Positions 8,627 to 20,452 of a DNA stretch of 64,000 nucleotides are shown in pieces (position 1 is the stretch's first letter; each line of letters starts with the position of its first letter). Source of the stretch: Micavibrio aeruginosavorus (GTDB lineage Bacteria > Pseudomonadota > Alphaproteobacteria > Micavibrionales > Micavibrionaceae); contig CP066681.1 in assembly GCA_016432265.1 (NCBI GenBank), positions 458,342 to 522,341 on the forward strand, read 5' to 3'. The notes under the pieces were generated by a model. It made no database searches. It saw only the letters and a program-made list of their open reading frames with translations, and had not been told where the DNA came from. The translations under genes and the position numbers were made by a program.

Positions 8627-9550
8627 ATGCCCGGTGTTAGCAGAGATTACTTGGCGTCCAGAGTCACTACTGAGCATTTGAAAATGCTGCATAAACGCTC
8701 TGTATTTCCGTGGCTGAAGGACGCGATTATAGACTGGGTCGTGATTGCGGTCGCCATAGCTGCGGCTGGAATATGGAATAATCCCTTGGGCTACGTAGCG
8801 GCGGTTATCGTCGTGGGGAACAGGCAACATGCTCTGGCCTGCCTGGGGCATGATGGGACGCATTTCCTCCTGTCTACTAAAAGAAAACTGAATGATACCT
8901 TGTCCGGGTTTTTAGCCTGGTATCCATTAGGCATTACGAATTCCGGCTACAGGAGCCTTCATAACAGGCACCATATATACTTAAACACGGAAGACGACCC
9001 TGAAATACACCATAAACGTTCCCGGGCGCCGCAATGGGATATACCTATAACGCCCCAGAGAATTATAATGTACGTGCTGCTTGATCTGGTGGGTTACTCA
9101 ATTCCTGATTATTATATAATCGTAACCTATTCTAAAGCCACCAGAAAAACGGAATATGTGCTGTTGGCCGCTTATCATCTGTCGTTTATTGCTGTCTTTC
9201 TGGCGGCGGGCTTATGGTGGGTTCCCTTGATATGGTACGTATCCTTAGTTACCTCATTCATGATGTTTTTTAGGCTGCGCCTTTGGCTTGAGCACCAGGG
9301 AACTGATTTGGTGCATAGGCTGGAGTTGAATGGGTGGCAATCTGCATTGTTTTATCCGCATTTGGCCTGGCATCACTGGGAACACCATCAATGGCCTGCC
9401 GTTCCGTACCATCGCCTGCCTGAGTTAAGAAAAATGGTTGAAGATGTTCCGGTGATTACGCTTCAGCAACTTTGGGAACACTTTAATTCATTGCCAAACA
9501 TATCTTCAGGCACGCCATTGAGTAATGGCATACCTGCAGATTCGGCTTGA
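8627..9550 (+). CDS. Membrane fatty-acid desaturase/hydroxylase family protein (three histidine boxes)
   Basis: Histidine boxes HDGTH, HNRHH and HHWEHH, with several TM segments. Confidence 0.75.
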   Translation: MPGVSRDYLASRVTTEHLKMLHKRSVFPWLKDAIIDWVVIAVAIAAAGIWNNPLGYVAAVIVVGNRQHALACLGHDGTHFLLSTKRKLNDTLSGFLAWYPLGITNSGYRSLHNRHHIYLNTEDDPEIHHKRSRAPQWDIPITPQRIIMYVLLDLVGYSIPDYYIIVTYSKATRKTEYVLLAAYHLSFIAVFLAAGLWWVPLIWYVSLVTSFMMFFRLRLWLEHQGTDLVHRLELNGWQSALFYPHLAWHHWEHHQWPAVPYHRLPELRKMVEDVPVITLQQLWEHFNSLPNISSGTPLSNGIPADSA

Positions 9551-9624
9551 ATGGAATAATTGTTTTAGAATGAATAATATTCATAAATGAATTATGCTCT
9601 GGAATCTGCGGTTTATAGTCGGTG

Positions 9625-10005
9625 TCAGGCGCTTTTGCTGTTGAGGCGAACAAAATTCTCTACCAGACGAACGATATTATTCTTAGTGGACGTATCCTGA
9701 ATCTTCTGCCAGTTGGCGATAAGGGTTCTTGTCTGGGGATCGTATAGGCTGTCTACCTCATCACAATTCGAGACTTTCTCGTATATATCGGTGAATTTCC
9801 GTATGGGAACATTCAGGAAGTTAGCGATCTGCAATAAACAGACGACTGTAATTCTGCTGGAGCCGGATTCGTATTTTTGTACCTGCTGGTATGAGACTCC
9901 TATGGCACGGGCTACTTCTTCAAGACTCCTGCCTTGGGCTTTTCTTTCAGCGCGAATGATTTTTCCCAGTATCACGTCGCGACTGTCTTCATTTGCCTTA
10001 CCCAT
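9625..10005 (-). CDS. XRE-family helix-turn-helix transcriptional regulator
   Basis: The N-terminal region RAERKAQGRSLEEVARAIGVSYQQVQKYESG matches the Cro/C1-type HTH pattern. Confidence 0.65.
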   Translation of the reverse strand: MGKANEDSRDVILGKIIRAERKAQGRSLEEVARAIGVSYQQVQKYESGSSRITVVCLLQIANFLNVPIRKFTDIYEKVSNCDEVDSLYDPQTRTLIANWQKIQDTSTKNNIVRLVENFVRLNSKSA

Positions 10006-10338
10006 ATCACCTCTTGCGTTTTTAACTAATGTTGAATAGCGGGTGCAGTGATTTTACTAGCAAAGTGGTACCATGGAAACTGAGTTGCCAAGCTAACAAT
10101 ATTTGACGATATCCTACTTAATCTACAACCTTTAATAAATTTATGTGAAAACGCGCACTTGAGCAGGCCCTCGCAAGTGAGTTCGGTCTTGTCGGCATAT
10201 TGGGGAGCAAGTCACTTCGGGAGTCGTTAACTGTAGGCTGCTTCCACCGGCTATCAAGTTTAAATACTTTATGCAGAGGTGAAAACGGCAAGATGCCCCG
10301 TAAGCCGGGGAATTTTTATTCTCTGCCGCGGGGGGTTT

Positions 10339-13300
10339 TTAGGCCACAATCAACCCATTATCATACAGGGTCTGGACGTTTAGGCCCGTGACGGCGCTTA
10401 ATGTGGCGACATTTGTCCACGACGTACCCCCTGTGAGGCCATCGGCGTCAATTCTGACTGTTGTATTGCCGCCTAAAACGCTAAAGGAAACGAAGTTGTC
10501 TATGTCATCTACGCCGGGCGTGAAACCGGCGAGAATATTGCTGATATCAAGAATATCAAACTGGGTGGTGCGGTAATCTGTAATTGTATCGACGCTTGAA
10601 ACGTTATCCAGAACAAATCGGTCAGTGCCGTTACCACCTGTAAGCGTGTCAGCGCCCGCGCCACCTTGAAGCCAATCGTTACCGTTATTGCCGACCAGGG
10701 TGTTGTTGCCTGCTGATCCATACAGCGTGTCGGCGCCAGCGCCGCCGTATAAATTTTCGAAGTCAAAGAAAGTATCGCCGTTGGCTTCGCCGCCAGAGGC
10801 TGTCCCGGCTCCCAGATTAACGGACACGCCTGCCGTATCGTTATCATAACGCAGACCGTCCGTGCCGTTGCCGCCGTATAGTGTGTCGGCGCCGCTGCCG
10901 CCGTATATTGAATCGTTGCCGTCAAGCCCATAGATCATATCGTTACCGGCGGCTCCGGACAGAGTATTGTTTCCGTTCGAACCTGTCAGGGTATCGGCAG
11001 CGCTGCCGCCATACAGATTCTCAAAATTTGAGATGATATCGCCTGTGGCATCACCGCCTGCGGCTGTATTGTTTCCGATATCGACAACAACAGATACCGT
11101 GCTGCTATCGTAACGCAGGCTGTCTGTGCCGTTGCCGCCGTCCAAGGTGTCGGCGCCGCTGCCGCCGTATATTGAATCGTTGCCGTCAAGCCCATAGATC
11201 GTATCGTTACCGGCGGCTCCGGACAGAGTATTGTTCCCGTTCGAGCCTGTCAGGGTATCGGCAGCGCTGCCGCCATACAGATTCTCGAAATTTGAGATGA
11301 TATCGCCTGTGGCATCACCGCCTGCGGCGGTGTTGTTGCCTATATCTACGGTGACGCCGGAGGTGTCTGAATCGTAGCGCAAGCTATCCGTTCCTGTGCC
11401 GCCGTCCATTGTATCTGCGCCAGTGCCGCCATAAATAGTATCATTGCCGCCGTCGCCGTAGATCGTGTCGTTGCCGTTCTGTCCGTAGATCGTGTTCGCT
11501 GCTGTCGATCCTGTGATCGTATCGCTTCCCGACCCGCCATATATATTCTCAAACCCTGATACAACATCTCCTTCCGCTTCGCCGCCGCTGCCCAGGCCTG
11601 TCAGAAGGTTGATGGCAACACCGATTGTGTCCGCGTCGTAGCGAAGGGCATCTGTACCGGCCCCGCCCGTCAGTGTGTCCGCGCCCAGACCTCCGTATAC
11701 CGTGTCGTTGCCGTCGCCGGCGTCTATGCCGTCGTCGCCGTCAAGACCGTATATAACATTGGCAAGGGCCGACCCGGTAATTGTATCGGAAAAAGCGCTG
11801 GCATAAACATTCTCAAAATTGGAAACCACATCGCCTTCTGCGTCTCCGCCGCTTCCCAGCCCGGTCAGTAGGTCTACCGTGACGCCGCTTACCGAAGCGT
11901 CATAACGCAAATTGTCCGTTCCGGCACCGCCGTCCAGCACATCGGCTCCGGCGCCGCCGTAGACCGTGTCGTTGCCGCCGTCTCCGTATATGGCATCATC
12001 GCCATCCAGGCCATAAATAATGTTGGCAGCAATGGTTCCATATAAGGTGTCGTTATAAGAAGACCCGGTCAGATTCTCAAAAGAGGAGATTGTATCCGTC
12101 CCCGCGCCGCCGGTATTTTGCGCCGTTGTCACTGAAAGATTAACAGTCACGCCTCCGGATGATGATTGGTAGGTCAGTGTATCGGTGCCGCCGCCGCCTG
12201 AAAGGGTGTCGTTGCCATCCCCGCCGTCAATTGTGTCGTTGCCGTTGCCGCCGTTAATCACGTTATTGCCCGAATTGCCTGATAGAGTATCGCTGTAGGA
12301 AGATCCGGTCAGATTCTCAAAAGAGGAGATTGTATCCGTCCCCGCGCCGCCGGTATTCTGGGCGGTCGCCAGGGCAAGGTCAACAGTCACGGCAGAAGAT
12401 GATGTCGCATAGGTTACCGTGTCGGTGCCGGCCCCCCCTGTGAGCGTATCGTTGCCAGCGCCGCCGTTGATGGTATCATTGCCGTTGCCGCCATCGATAA
12501 TGTTGTCGTCCGTGCTGCCTGTGAGCGTATCATTGAAGGAAGAGCCTGTCAGATTTTCGAAGCCGGATATTGTATCCGTGCCGCCGCCGCCCGTGTTCTG
12601 AGCTGTTGCAACCGCCAGATTGACAGTGACAGCCGAAGCGATCGTTGCATATGTCAGCGTGTCCACGCCGGTGCCGCCTATAAGGGTATCATTACCGGTG
12701 CCGCCGTTGACGATGTCGTTGCCGGCGCCGCCGTCTATGGTGTTGGCTCCTGTGTTTCCGGTTAGAATGTCATCGAAATCGGAGCCGGTCAGGTTTTCAA
12801 AGGAAGCAATAGTGTCGGTTCCTGCGCCGCCGGTATTCTGGGCGGTCGCCAGGGCAAGGCTGATAGCTATGCCTCCTAGCGAGCCTGTATAGCTCAGAGT
12901 ATCTGTTCCCCCGCCGCCATTCATGACGTCATCGCCGCCACCACCTTCTATGACGTTGTTCCCTGCCGTTCCAGTAATGTTATCGTTGAATGCCGAGCCG
13001 ATGACGTTTTCAAACCCGGATATTGTGTCGTTCCCCGATCCGCCGGTGCTCTGGGTCGTGGTTATGGCCAGATTGATCGTAACGTCGGAAACAGCATCGG
13101 CGTATGACAGGGTATCTATGCCGGCATCGCCGTCCAGCGTATCATCCCCAGATCCGCCATCGATGGTATCGTTACCGTTTCCGCCTGCGATCACATTGTT
13201 TCCGGAATCTCCTGTGATGGCGTCGTCAAAAGCCGAGCCTGTGATATTCTCGATAGATAGCAGACTATCTCCGTTACCGTATCCATCATTGCTGGCGCTG

Positions 13301-15303
13301 CCAGCCGCCAGGTTGGCGCTTATTCCGGCTGCTGCTGCGGCATAGCTGGCTGTATCCATGCCATTTCCGCCGTTGAGCGTGTCTGCTCCGTCCTCTCCGC
13401 TCAGGATATCGTTACCGTCATTACCGATCAGGATATTGCCGCTGCTGTTCCCTGTCAGAACATCATCAAAAGCCGAGCCTGTGATATTTTCAAAATTATA
13501 GAGCGTATCGGTGCCTGCGCCTATAGTGTCTTGCGCTACGGTCAGGCTTATATTGACATTAACGCCCAAGGTAGCTGAGGCGTAATTGACCGTATCAATA
13601 CCCGCGCCGCCATCGAGTATGTTATTGCTCGCCGTCCCTGTAAGGATATCGTCGTGGGCAGAACCAGTTAAATTCTCAAAGTTCGATAAGGTATCGCTGC
13701 CGGATCCGCCTGTATTTTGTGCAGTTGTAGCAGATAGGTCAACCGTTACCCCGGCGGCTGCGCTGGCGTAAGTCAACGTATCGCTATCTGCGCCGCCATC
13801 GAGTATATCGTCGCCGTCGCCGCCGTCTATGACATCAAGGCCTTCATCGCCATTGATGGTATCTGCGCCGCCGCCGCCGTTGATCGTATCATTTCCTGCC
13901 AAGCCGTAAATCTGGTTGCTGCTTGATGAACCATTAAGAAGATCGTCGCCAGCAGTGCCGTAAATCACACTGCCGTCGACTTGAATGGCGATCGTTTCCG
14001 TATAAAATGCGCCTGCGGCATCTGTAACCCTGACATCTATATTGATAATATCGCCGTAGGTATGGCTTGCCAGTCCTCCTGCCTTTAAGAGAACGCTGTT
14101 ACCCGATATTTCAAAAGCATATGTAGCGCCGCCGACTATACTGAATGTCAGTATGTCCCCGGCATCGGGATCTGTGGCCGAAAGCGTCGATACCAGCGTT
14201 CCCGCCGGCGCATCAAGAAGGACGATATCGCCGACATAGCTAATGTCTGTCGGCGCGTCATTAAGAAGATCGGCAAGTGTGCCCGGTGTGATCGTACGGT
14301 CAGAGAACTGAAATGTTTCAATGCCCTTAATCGTGTCTGTTCCCTCAAATCCGCGCCGATCCACGATTGTGAAGAACGTGGTAGAGGTGTCGTAGGTAAT
14401 ATTATAATCGCCCCATTGGCCGCCAAGAACCAGGATATCCGTTCCGGAGCGGCCGTCGATATAATTATTCCCGCTGTCTCCGCTCAGGGTGTCATTGTAA
14501 GACGATCCCCAGAGATTTTCAAAATTCGATACCGTATCAATCCCGCCGGAACCGGTATTCTGTGCTGAGGTTACTGCCAGGTTGACGGTGACTCCTGAAA
14601 GCATTCCCACGTAGGATAGGGTGTCTATGCCGTTGCCGCCATCCAGCGTATCGTCCCCGGCGTCGCCGCGGATATTGTCATCGCCATCCCCGCCCAGAAT
14701 AATGTCGTTGCCAGCGGCGCCTTCCATAAAGTTTGAAGCGCTGTCGCCCGTCAGGGAGTCGGCGTAAGCTGTCCCTACAAGGTTCTCTATGTTGATGATT
14801 GTGTCTGTGCCGGCCCCCAGAGTATCCTGAGCGACATAAATTCCAAGGTTCACGGTTATACCGGCAGAGGCTTGGGAATAATTAAGAATGTCGATACCCG
14901 CTCCACCGTCGATTGTGTCGTTGCCCGTCATTTCGATGATTGTGTCGTTGCCTGAGCCGGCGTCAAGAATATCGTTGCCGCCGCCGCCATTCAGCAAATC
15001 GTTGCCGTCGCCACCGTACAGGGCGTCGTGTCCATGCATGCCAGTAATGGTATCGCTGCCCTCATATCCATAAACGGTATCTGATGCCAATGTTCCGGAA
15101 ATGATATTGTTTGCGCTATCGCCATAGACGGGGAGGGCGCTGCCCCATCCTTCGCCGCTCAGGGTGAAGGAGAGGCTTGTCAGGTCGAATGTGATGTCGT
15201 TGAAAACGATATATTCGACATCGTTGTAGACGCGGTCGGCGCCGTATCCTGTGGAAGGATTGTTGGTATCCGCCGCGCAATGTGTCCGCGCCGTCATCGC
15301 CAT
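10339..15303 (-). CDS. Giant RTX/hemolysin-type calcium-binding repeat protein, C-terminal ~1650 aa, with a type I secretion C-terminal target domain
   Basis: Dozens of GGxGxDxL nonapeptide-containing ~90-aa modules ([29 protein letters not shown]...). The C-terminus reads [39 protein letters not shown], as in T1SS C-terminal target domains. There is no N-terminal signal peptide. Confidence 0.8.
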   Translation of the reverse strand: MAMTARTHCAADTNNPSTGYGADRVYNDVEYIVFNDITFDLTSLSFTLSGEGWGSALPVYGDSANNIISGTLASDTVYGYEGSDTITGMHGHDALYGGDGNDLLNGGGGNDILDAGSGNDTIIEMTGNDTIDGGAGIDILNYSQASAGITVNLGIYVAQDTLGAGTDTIINIENLVGTAYADSLTGDSASNFMEGAAGNDIILGGDGDDNIRGDAGDDTLDGGNGIDTLSYVGMLSGVTVNLAVTSAQNTGSGGIDTVSNFENLWGSSYNDTLSGDSGNNYIDGRSGTDILVLGGQWGDYNITYDTSTTFFTIVDRRGFEGTDTIKGIETFQFSDRTITPGTLADLLNDAPTDISYVGDIVLLDAPAGTLVSTLSATDPDAGDILTFSIVGGATYAFEISGNSVLLKAGGLASHTYGDIINIDVRVTDAAGAFYTETIAIQVDGSVIYGTAGDDLLNGSSSSNQIYGLAGNDTINGGGGADTINGDEGLDVIDGGDGDDILDGGADSDTLTYASAAAGVTVDLSATTAQNTGGSGSDTLSNFENLTGSAHDDILTGTASNNILDGGAGIDTVNYASATLGVNVNISLTVAQDTIGAGTDTLYNFENITGSAFDDVLTGNSSGNILIGNDGNDILSGEDGADTLNGGNGMDTASYAAAAAGISANLAAGSASNDGYGNGDSLLSIENITGSAFDDAITGDSGNNVIAGGNGNDTIDGGSGDDTLDGDAGIDTLSYADAVSDVTINLAITTTQSTGGSGNDTISGFENVIGSAFNDNITGTAGNNVIEGGGGDDVMNGGGGTDTLSYTGSLGGIAISLALATAQNTGGAGTDTIASFENLTGSDFDDILTGNTGANTIDGGAGNDIVNGGTGNDTLIGGTGVDTLTYATIASAVTVNLAVATAQNTGGGGTDTISGFENLTGSSFNDTLTGSTDDNIIDGGNGNDTINGGAGNDTLTGGAGTDTVTYATSSSAVTVDLALATAQNTGGAGTDTISSFENLTGSSYSDTLSGNSGNNVINGGNGNDTIDGGDGNDTLSGGGGTDTLTYQSSSGGVTVNLSVTTAQNTGGAGTDTISSFENLTGSSYNDTLYGTIAANIIYGLDGDDAIYGDGGNDTVYGGAGADVLDGGAGTDNLRYDASVSGVTVDLLTGLGSGGDAEGDVVSNFENVYASAFSDTITGSALANVIYGLDGDDGIDAGDGNDTVYGGLGADTLTGGAGTDALRYDADTIGVAINLLTGLGSGGEAEGDVVSGFENIYGGSGSDTITGSTAANTIYGQNGNDTIYGDGGNDTIYGGTGADTMDGGTGTDSLRYDSDTSGVTVDIGNNTAAGGDATGDIISNFENLYGGSAADTLTGSNGNNTLSGAAGNDTIYGLDGNDSIYGGSGADTLDGGNGTDSLRYDSSTVSVVVDIGNNTAAGGDATGDIISNFENLYGGSAADTLTGSNGNNTLSGAAGNDMIYGLDGNDSIYGGSGADTLYGGNGTDGLRYDNDTAGVSVNLGAGTASGGEANGDTFFDFENLYGGAGADTLYGSAGNNTLVGNNGNDWLQGGAGADTLTGGNGTDRFVLDNVSSVDTITDYRTTQFDILDISNILAGFTPGVDDIDNFVSFSVLGGNTTVRIDADGLTGGTSWTNVATLSAVTGLNVQTLYDNGLIVA
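10861..11330. repeat. Near-identical ~270-bp tandem modules within the RTX gene (one of several module families)
   Basis: 10861-11060 and 11131-11330 are about 95 % identical. They encode RYDSx[79 protein letters not shown]. Confidence 0.75.
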
Positions 15304-16120
15304 AGAGAGCGTCGTTCTGCGTGCCTCCGCTCAGGGTATCTGCGCCGTTGCCGCCATAAAGGAGATCAGCGCCCGCCGAACCGTTGACAGTATCGTTGCC
15401 GTCGCCGCCGGACAGCGTATCGGCGGACTGTGTTCCGTTCATCGTATCGTTGGCGGATGTGCCAAAGACAGGGAGGGCGCTGCCCCATCCTTCGCCGCTC
15501 AGGGTGAAGGAGAGGCTTGTCAGGTCGAATGTGATGTCGTTGAAAACGATATATTCGACATCGTTGTAGACGCGGTCGGCGCCGTATCCTGTGGAAGGAT
15601 TGTTGGTATCCCCGCCTTGCAGCGTATCGGAACCCGATCCGCCGTACAGGGCGTCGTTGCCGGCGTCGCCGCGCAATGTGTCCGCGCCGCTGCCGCCGTA
15701 TAAACTGTCTGCTCCGCCATTGCCGCTTAACGTATCGCTCCCTCCCAGCCCGAGCATAACGTCATCGTTGCCGGTGCCTGACAGGCTGTCTGCTCCTTGC
15801 GTTCCTGTGATCGCCCCCGCTGGCTCCCCGATATTCAGTACAACAACCGCCGTGTCTGTTCCGCCGTTGCCGTCGGTCAGGGTATAGGAAAACGATGCCG
15901 TGCCAATGATATCTTCCCACAGAATGCTGTTGTAAAATCCGTAGGCGTTCAGTTGTATGGTAATCCCGGTAGAAGAGACGACAGATGATTGTGCAATCGA
16001 AAGGGTGTCTCCATCAGCGTCAAAATCAGCGCCTGCCCCATTGTCGGCAAACAGGTTGCCATTTGAAATGGCGCCGTAAACACCTGAAATATTATCGTCT
16101 TGGGCGACAGGATTACTCAT
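15116..16120 (-). CDS. N-terminal ~330 aa of the same RTX repeat protein; reading frame broken at ~15271 (probable single disrupted gene 10339..16120)
   Basis: ATG at 16120. The translation shares the block [50 protein letters not shown] with the downstream ORF. Its last ~50 codons are out-of-frame read-through of the downstream ORF. Confidence 0.6.
   Translation of the reverse strand: MSNPVAQDDNISGVYGAISNGNLFADNGAGADFDADGDTLSIAQSSVVSSTGITIQLNAYGFYNSILWEDIIGTASFSYTLTDGNGGTDTAVVVLNIGEPAGAITGTQGADSLSGTGNDDVMLGLGGSDTLSGNGGADSLYGGSGADTLRGDAGNDALYGGSGSDTLQGGDTNNPSTGYGADRVYNDVEYIVFNDITFDLTSLSFTLSGEGWGSALPVFGTSANDTMNGTQSADTLSGGDGNDTVNGSAGADLLYGGNGADTLSGGTQNDALYGDDGADTLRGGYQQSFHRIRRRPRLQRCRIYRFQRHHIRPDKPLLHPERRRMGQRPPRLWR
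15131..15611. repeat. Two perfect 141-bp direct repeats (15131-15271 and 15471-15611) inside the RTX gene; the first copy is followed by a 56-nt deletion relative to the second
   Basis: Identical gggagggcgctgccccatcc...ggaaggattgttggtatcc blocks. After the block, copy B continues cccgccttgcagcg...ggcgtcg, which copy A lacks. 56 is not a multiple of 3, so the frame shifts. Confidence 0.85.
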
Positions 16121-16292
16121 AAAGCAGGTTATCTTTCTTGCACGATCACGATTAGGGCGCCAAGCGGTATCACCATACTTAATTAAATCAATTTTTTACT
16201 AAATTACTCTTAATGAATGGTATTTTTGTACCTTTCTTGCTGACTTCTCCTTAGAGTTTGAGGTGACTGTTTTTCGATGTTTTTATCTTTTG

Positions 16293-17351
16293 TTAAGGAT
16301 TGCTCAGCCATCCCGGGTTTTCGAGACTCCATTGAACCGTTTTCTTCAGTGACTCCTCGAAATTTTTTGGTGGTTGCCAGCCCAGAGCTTTCATTTTCCT
16401 TCCATCCAGGGCATAGCGTAAATCATGGCCGGGGCGGCTGGAATGAAAATCGACCATCTCATAACATAATCCGGCAACTTTAAGGCCGCTCGCCGGGGCG
16501 AGGTCGCGCACAAACCTTTCGATCATCAGTGCCAGTTGCAGGTTATCAACCTCGCGTTCGCCCACGATGTGATACGACTCGACATGGCCGCAGGCGTTGC
16601 CGATCCAGGGTCTTTTCTCCAGCAGGAACATGTGCGCATCTGCCACGTTGCGGGCATGGATATAGTGACGCATCCCGGCTTGGGTTTTATCAGGGGTGGC
16701 ATGGATCGGCACGACAGCACCGCTCAGGACGCTGCGGATGACCTTGGGTATGAATTTTTCAGGGTGTTGCCGTTCGCCGAAAATATTCATTTGCCGCGTG
16801 ATGATGCAGGGGATGCCGTAAGTATTGGCAAACGCTGTGACCATCTGCTCGCCGCTGCTTTTGGTCGCGGCGTAGGGGTTTTTGGGGCTGTGTACAGCCG
16901 TTTCCTGGTGCCCGGGATAGGCGGGGTCAAGCGGCACCGGGCCAAAAACTTCGTCGGTTGAGAAATAGATAAAAAGTTCCATCTGCGGCAATCCGCGCGC
17001 CAGTTCCAGCATGTTGGTGGTGCCGACGACGTTGGCCATGACAAAACTCATGGGATCGGCAATCGAGCGGTCGACGTGGGACTCTGCTCCCATATGCAGG
17101 ACGTGAGTGACGCTTGCCAGCTCCCGGATCAGGTTCGGCCCCGCCGGCTGACGGAAATCGTAACCCATATGGGTGAAACGCGGGTGATGAAAGGGGTCGA
17201 TCTGGATATCGCGCAGCCGATCGAGCGACCCTGAGTAGCTTAAAGAGTCGATACCGATGATATTGAAGTCGGTGTTCTTCAATATATGCTCGACCATATG
17301 ATGGCCGACGAAGCCGGCTGCGCCGGTTATCAGGATTGTGCGTTTAGTCAT
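16293..17351 (-). CDS. NAD-dependent epimerase/dehydratase (dTDP-glucose 4,6-dehydratase-like, RfbB family)
   Basis: N-terminal [13 protein letters not shown] Rossmann motif, a YxxxK catalytic dyad region, and the C-terminal ...GHDLRYALD...KALGWQP typical of 4,6-dehydratases. Confidence 0.8.
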   Translation of the reverse strand: MTKRTILITGAAGFVGHHMVEHILKNTDFNIIGIDSLSYSGSLDRLRDIQIDPFHHPRFTHMGYDFRQPAGPNLIRELASVTHVLHMGAESHVDRSIADPMSFVMANVVGTTNMLELARGLPQMELFIYFSTDEVFGPVPLDPAYPGHQETAVHSPKNPYAATKSSGEQMVTAFANTYGIPCIITRQMNIFGERQHPEKFIPKVIRSVLSGAVVPIHATPDKTQAGMRHYIHARNVADAHMFLLEKRPWIGNACGHVESYHIVGEREVDNLQLALMIERFVRDLAPASGLKVAGLCYEMVDFHSSRPGHDLRYALDGRKMKALGWQPPKNFEESLKKTVQWSLENPGWLSNP

Positions 17352-18897
17352 GATGCTTCGTAAAGTGCAAGCGCCCGACGCGCCGCCCGTCCATGGCTTC
17401 TATCCTGACGTCCCATCCCGCGAACTGGAATACATCGCCTTTTTGCGGCATGCGCCGCAAGACGTGCAGAGCTACTCCGGCAACGGTGTTATAGTCGCCT
17501 TCCGGCAAGTTGGTTTCTTCCAGAATTTCTGCCAGTTCCTGCAGTGTTATACTGCCATCGACCGAAACGCTGCCATCGGCGTTCTTCTCGAAACGGAATT
17601 CCTGCCCCTCGTGATCCTCGGGCAGATCGCCAGCTATGGCTTCGACCACATCGGTCAGTGTTACCAGCCCTTCAAGGGTGCCGTATTCATCAACGATAAA
17701 CGCCATGTGAATCCGCTTGTTGCGGAAGGCATCGAGCGCCTGGAGTACTGTGACGGTTTCGGGAAGGATAATAGGCTGTATGATCAATTTACCGATTTCT
17801 GTCAGATTGCCCTGACTGAGCAAATGGTCGGCCAGATCTTTTTTCTGGATGATTCCTGCGGGTTCTTCAATTTCTCCATTGCCGGCGACGACAAGATAGG
17901 AGTACGGGCACTCAAGGATATCCTTGCGCAATGTCTCAATATCATCCGCAAGGTCTATCCACATCAGGTCTTTGCGCGGCGTCATGACGGCTTGCACGGT
18001 CTGTTCCGAGAGGCGCATCACCCGTTGCATCATCAGACGTTCCTGCTCGTCAAAAATAAGGCCATCGTCCTGATTGGTCTTAAGGTGGGCGATCTCTGTT
18101 TGTATGTTCGGGTTTTCCGAAGTGCCGCCGAGCAGACTCAAGACGGCTTGAGACATGCGCGCGCGCGGATCCATGCGGGCATAGGTTTTGCGGCGGTTGC
18201 GCAAGGCCAGTTGGTTGAAGCTTTCGATGATGATCGAGAAGGCGATTGCAGCATAAAGGTAGCCTTTGGGGATATGGAACCCTAAGCCCTCGACGATCAG
18301 GCTGAAACCGATCATCAGCAGGAACCCGAGGCACAGGATTACCACGGTCGGGTGGGCGCTGACGAAGTTCATCAGTTTGTTGCTGGCAATGATCATCAAT
18401 ACCATGGCGATGCATACCGCCAGCATCATGACGGGCAAATGGTGCGTCATGCCGATCGCGGTGATGACGGCGTCGAGGGAGAATACGGCGTCCAGGATGA
18501 CGATCTGGACGATGACCTGCCAGAATTTGGCGTAGTTGATGGGGCCGTCACGGCCTGAGTGAGCGCCTTCCAGCTTTTCATGCAGTTCCATCGTGCCTTT
18601 AAACAGAAGGAAGGTGCCGCCCAGTATCATGATCAGGTCGCGGGCCGAAAAAGCATGCGCCATCAGTGTGAACAGCGGTGTGGTGAGTTGCGCCAGATGC
18701 GAAATCCCGGTCAGCAGGCATAGGCGCATGAGTAAGGCCAGTGAAAGTCCGAGAATGCGCGCTTTTTGACGCTGCTGAGGCGGAAGCTTGTCGGAGAGGA
18801 TGGCGATGAAGATCAGATTATCGATGCCAAGAACGATCTCGAGGACAACCAGTGTCGTCAGTCCGGCCCATGCCGCCGGGTCATAAATCCATTCCAT
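17344..18897 (-). CDS. TerC-family integral membrane protein fused to a CBS-pair and a CorC/HlyC transporter-associated domain (YoaE/YegH-like)
   Basis: The N-terminus [16 protein letters not shown] is a TerC motif with about 7 TM helices. A CBS pair and a C-terminal CorC_HlyC-like domain follow. Confidence 0.8.
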   Translation of the reverse strand: MEWIYDPAAWAGLTTLVVLEIVLGIDNLIFIAILSDKLPPQQRQKARILGLSLALLMRLCLLTGISHLAQLTTPLFTLMAHAFSARDLIMILGGTFLLFKGTMELHEKLEGAHSGRDGPINYAKFWQVIVQIVILDAVFSLDAVITAIGMTHHLPVMMLAVCIAMVLMIIASNKLMNFVSAHPTVVILCLGFLLMIGFSLIVEGLGFHIPKGYLYAAIAFSIIIESFNQLALRNRRKTYARMDPRARMSQAVLSLLGGTSENPNIQTEIAHLKTNQDDGLIFDEQERLMMQRVMRLSEQTVQAVMTPRKDLMWIDLADDIETLRKDILECPYSYLVVAGNGEIEEPAGIIQKKDLADHLLSQGNLTEIGKLIIQPIILPETVTVLQALDAFRNKRIHMAFIVDEYGTLEGLVTLTDVVEAIAGDLPEDHEGQEFRFEKNADGSVSVDGSITLQELAEILEETNLPEGDYNTVAGVALHVLRRMPQKGDVFQFAGWDVRIEAMDGRRVGRLHFTKHHD

Positions 18898-19047
18898 CAG
18901 TGGTCAGTGCTCTTTCTTTGGGAGGGGGGAAAGGTTTTAATTTTACAGAATCCAAAACAGTCTCCTCCATTCGAGAACTCTACTAAAGATATCTTTCGAT
19001 GTGTAGGGGGTGTTTCTATAATCAAAGTATCGGGTTAGTATATAACT

Positions 19048-19485
19048 ATGACAAGCAATTCCGGCATTCTCATCAGGCGTTTACCTCCGGATGAACATCA
19101 TCGGGCCAAGTTGTTTTACCGCAGTGTAGGCTATATGGATCCGGTCAGCGCGGACTCTTTGATTGTGGCCGCGTTTGCGGATGATCATATGATAGGCGCT
19201 GTGCGCCTGTGCACTGAATACAGCGATTTGTTGCTGCGCGGCATGATGATCGCTCCCGGTTGGCAACGGCAGGGGATTGGCAGCCGTATGTTGCAGGAAC
19301 TTGAGAGATTCATCGGCAACCGGCCCTGCCATTGTCTGCCACATGACTGGCTGACGGATTTTTATGGTCAGATCGGCTTTGTCACCATACCGGACGATCA
19401 TGCGCCCGGGCATTTGCGAGAACGGCTTCATCGTTATCGCAACGGCCCCTATCCGCATGTTCTGGTGATGAGGCGGCCAGCTTAA
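19048..19485 (+). CDS. GNAT-family N-acetyltransferase
   Basis: 145 aa with an acetyl-CoA binding motif (Q/R)xxGxG/A: WQRQGIGSRMLQ. Confidence 0.65.
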   Translation: MTSNSGILIRRLPPDEHHRAKLFYRSVGYMDPVSADSLIVAAFADDHMIGAVRLCTEYSDLLLRGMMIAPGWQRQGIGSRMLQELERFIGNRPCHCLPHDWLTDFYGQIGFVTIPDDHAPGHLRERLHRYRNGPYPHVLVMRRPA

Positions 19486-19528
19486 AATCCCTCTCGTTTT
19501 CAAGGCCAAGCCGTGCGATGATCCGCGC

Positions 19529-20449
19529 ATGAGCGTCCAGGAAGAGAGCTTTTCATCATATATGCCGCACAAGGCCTTGGTGGCGGGTATGGCTTCCATC
19601 GCCACGGTTTTGCTTCTGATTTTGATGAAGGCGGCGATTTTTGTTATCACCGACGCGGCGAGCATTCTGGCTTCCTTGATGGATTCCCTTTCCGATGCCA
19701 CGGTTTCGGTGATGACATATTTTGCCATTCGTTTTTCTTTGAAGCCCGCGGATGACGACCACCGTTCCGGGCATGGTAAAATCGAGGGCTTGGCGGCTTT
19801 GTTTCAGGCCGCGTTGATTATGCTGGCGGGTGCGGCTTTACTATGGGAATCAATACGGCGGCTGGCCGTTCCACAACCGATTGAGAATCATGAACTGGCA
19901 ATTGTGGTCATGCTGGTGTCGATTGCCTTGTCGATCGTACTGATAAGGATCCAGGAAAAAGTCCTGAAAGAAGCGCCCTCTCTGGCGGTGGAGGCCGATC
20001 AGGCGCATTACGCCACGGATATTATCGTCAATGCTGGCGTTATTGTGGTGATGCTTTTGCTTCTGGCTGGTGCGCCGCTGTGGGTTGATACGCTGTTTGC
20101 GATGGCGATGGTGGGATACCTGGGCTGGACGGCCAGGGGTATCGGCATGCTGGGCCTGGATATGCTGCTGGATCGTGAACTGCCGGAAACCATCAGACAA
20201 TCCATCATCAATAAGGTGCGCGCCCATGATCGGGTGATCGATATGCATGACTTGCGCACTTCAAAATCGGGCATGAGGGTTTTTATTTCTTTCGATATTG
20301 AAGTTGATGGCGACATGAAGCTGACTGACGCTCATGAAGTCGCCCGTCATGTCGAATACGATTTGCTGCGGGATTTTCCCCATGCGGAGATCATGATCCA
20401 CATTGATCCCTATGGTGATGCTGACGATACCAGACACAATGCGAGGTAG
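19529..20449 (+). CDS. Cation diffusion facilitator (CDF) family divalent-metal efflux protein (FieF-like)
   Basis: Six TM helices. ADDDHRSGHGKIEGLAALFQA aligns with the E. coli FieF ADDNHSFGHGKAESLAAL block. A C-terminal cytoplasmic domain is present. Confidence 0.85.
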   Translation: MSVQEESFSSYMPHKALVAGMASIATVLLLILMKAAIFVITDAASILASLMDSLSDATVSVMTYFAIRFSLKPADDDHRSGHGKIEGLAALFQAALIMLAGAALLWESIRRLAVPQPIENHELAIVVMLVSIALSIVLIRIQEKVLKEAPSLAVEADQAHYATDIIVNAGVIVVMLLLLAGAPLWVDTLFAMAMVGYLGWTARGIGMLGLDMLLDRELPETIRQSIINKVRAHDRVIDMHDLRTSKSGMRVFISFDIEVDGDMKLTDAHEVARHVEYDLLRDFPHAEIMIHIDPYGDADDTRHNAR

Positions 20450-20452
20450 GTA

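Larger units (their letters stand above)
5386..10337. other. Low-GC accessory segment next to tRNA-Tyr (quorum-sensing islet; no integrase seen)
   Basis: GC falls to roughly 45-48 %, against about 58 % in the flanks. It begins directly after tRNA-Tyr. No flanking direct repeat of the tRNA 3-prime end was found by eye. Confidence 0.5.

Noticed and set aside
12419-13771. Pro-rich plus-strand ORFs antisense to the RTX gene
   Set aside because: They arise from reading the Gly/Asp-rich repeat codons on the opposite strand. They have no start context and mirror the RTX periodicity.
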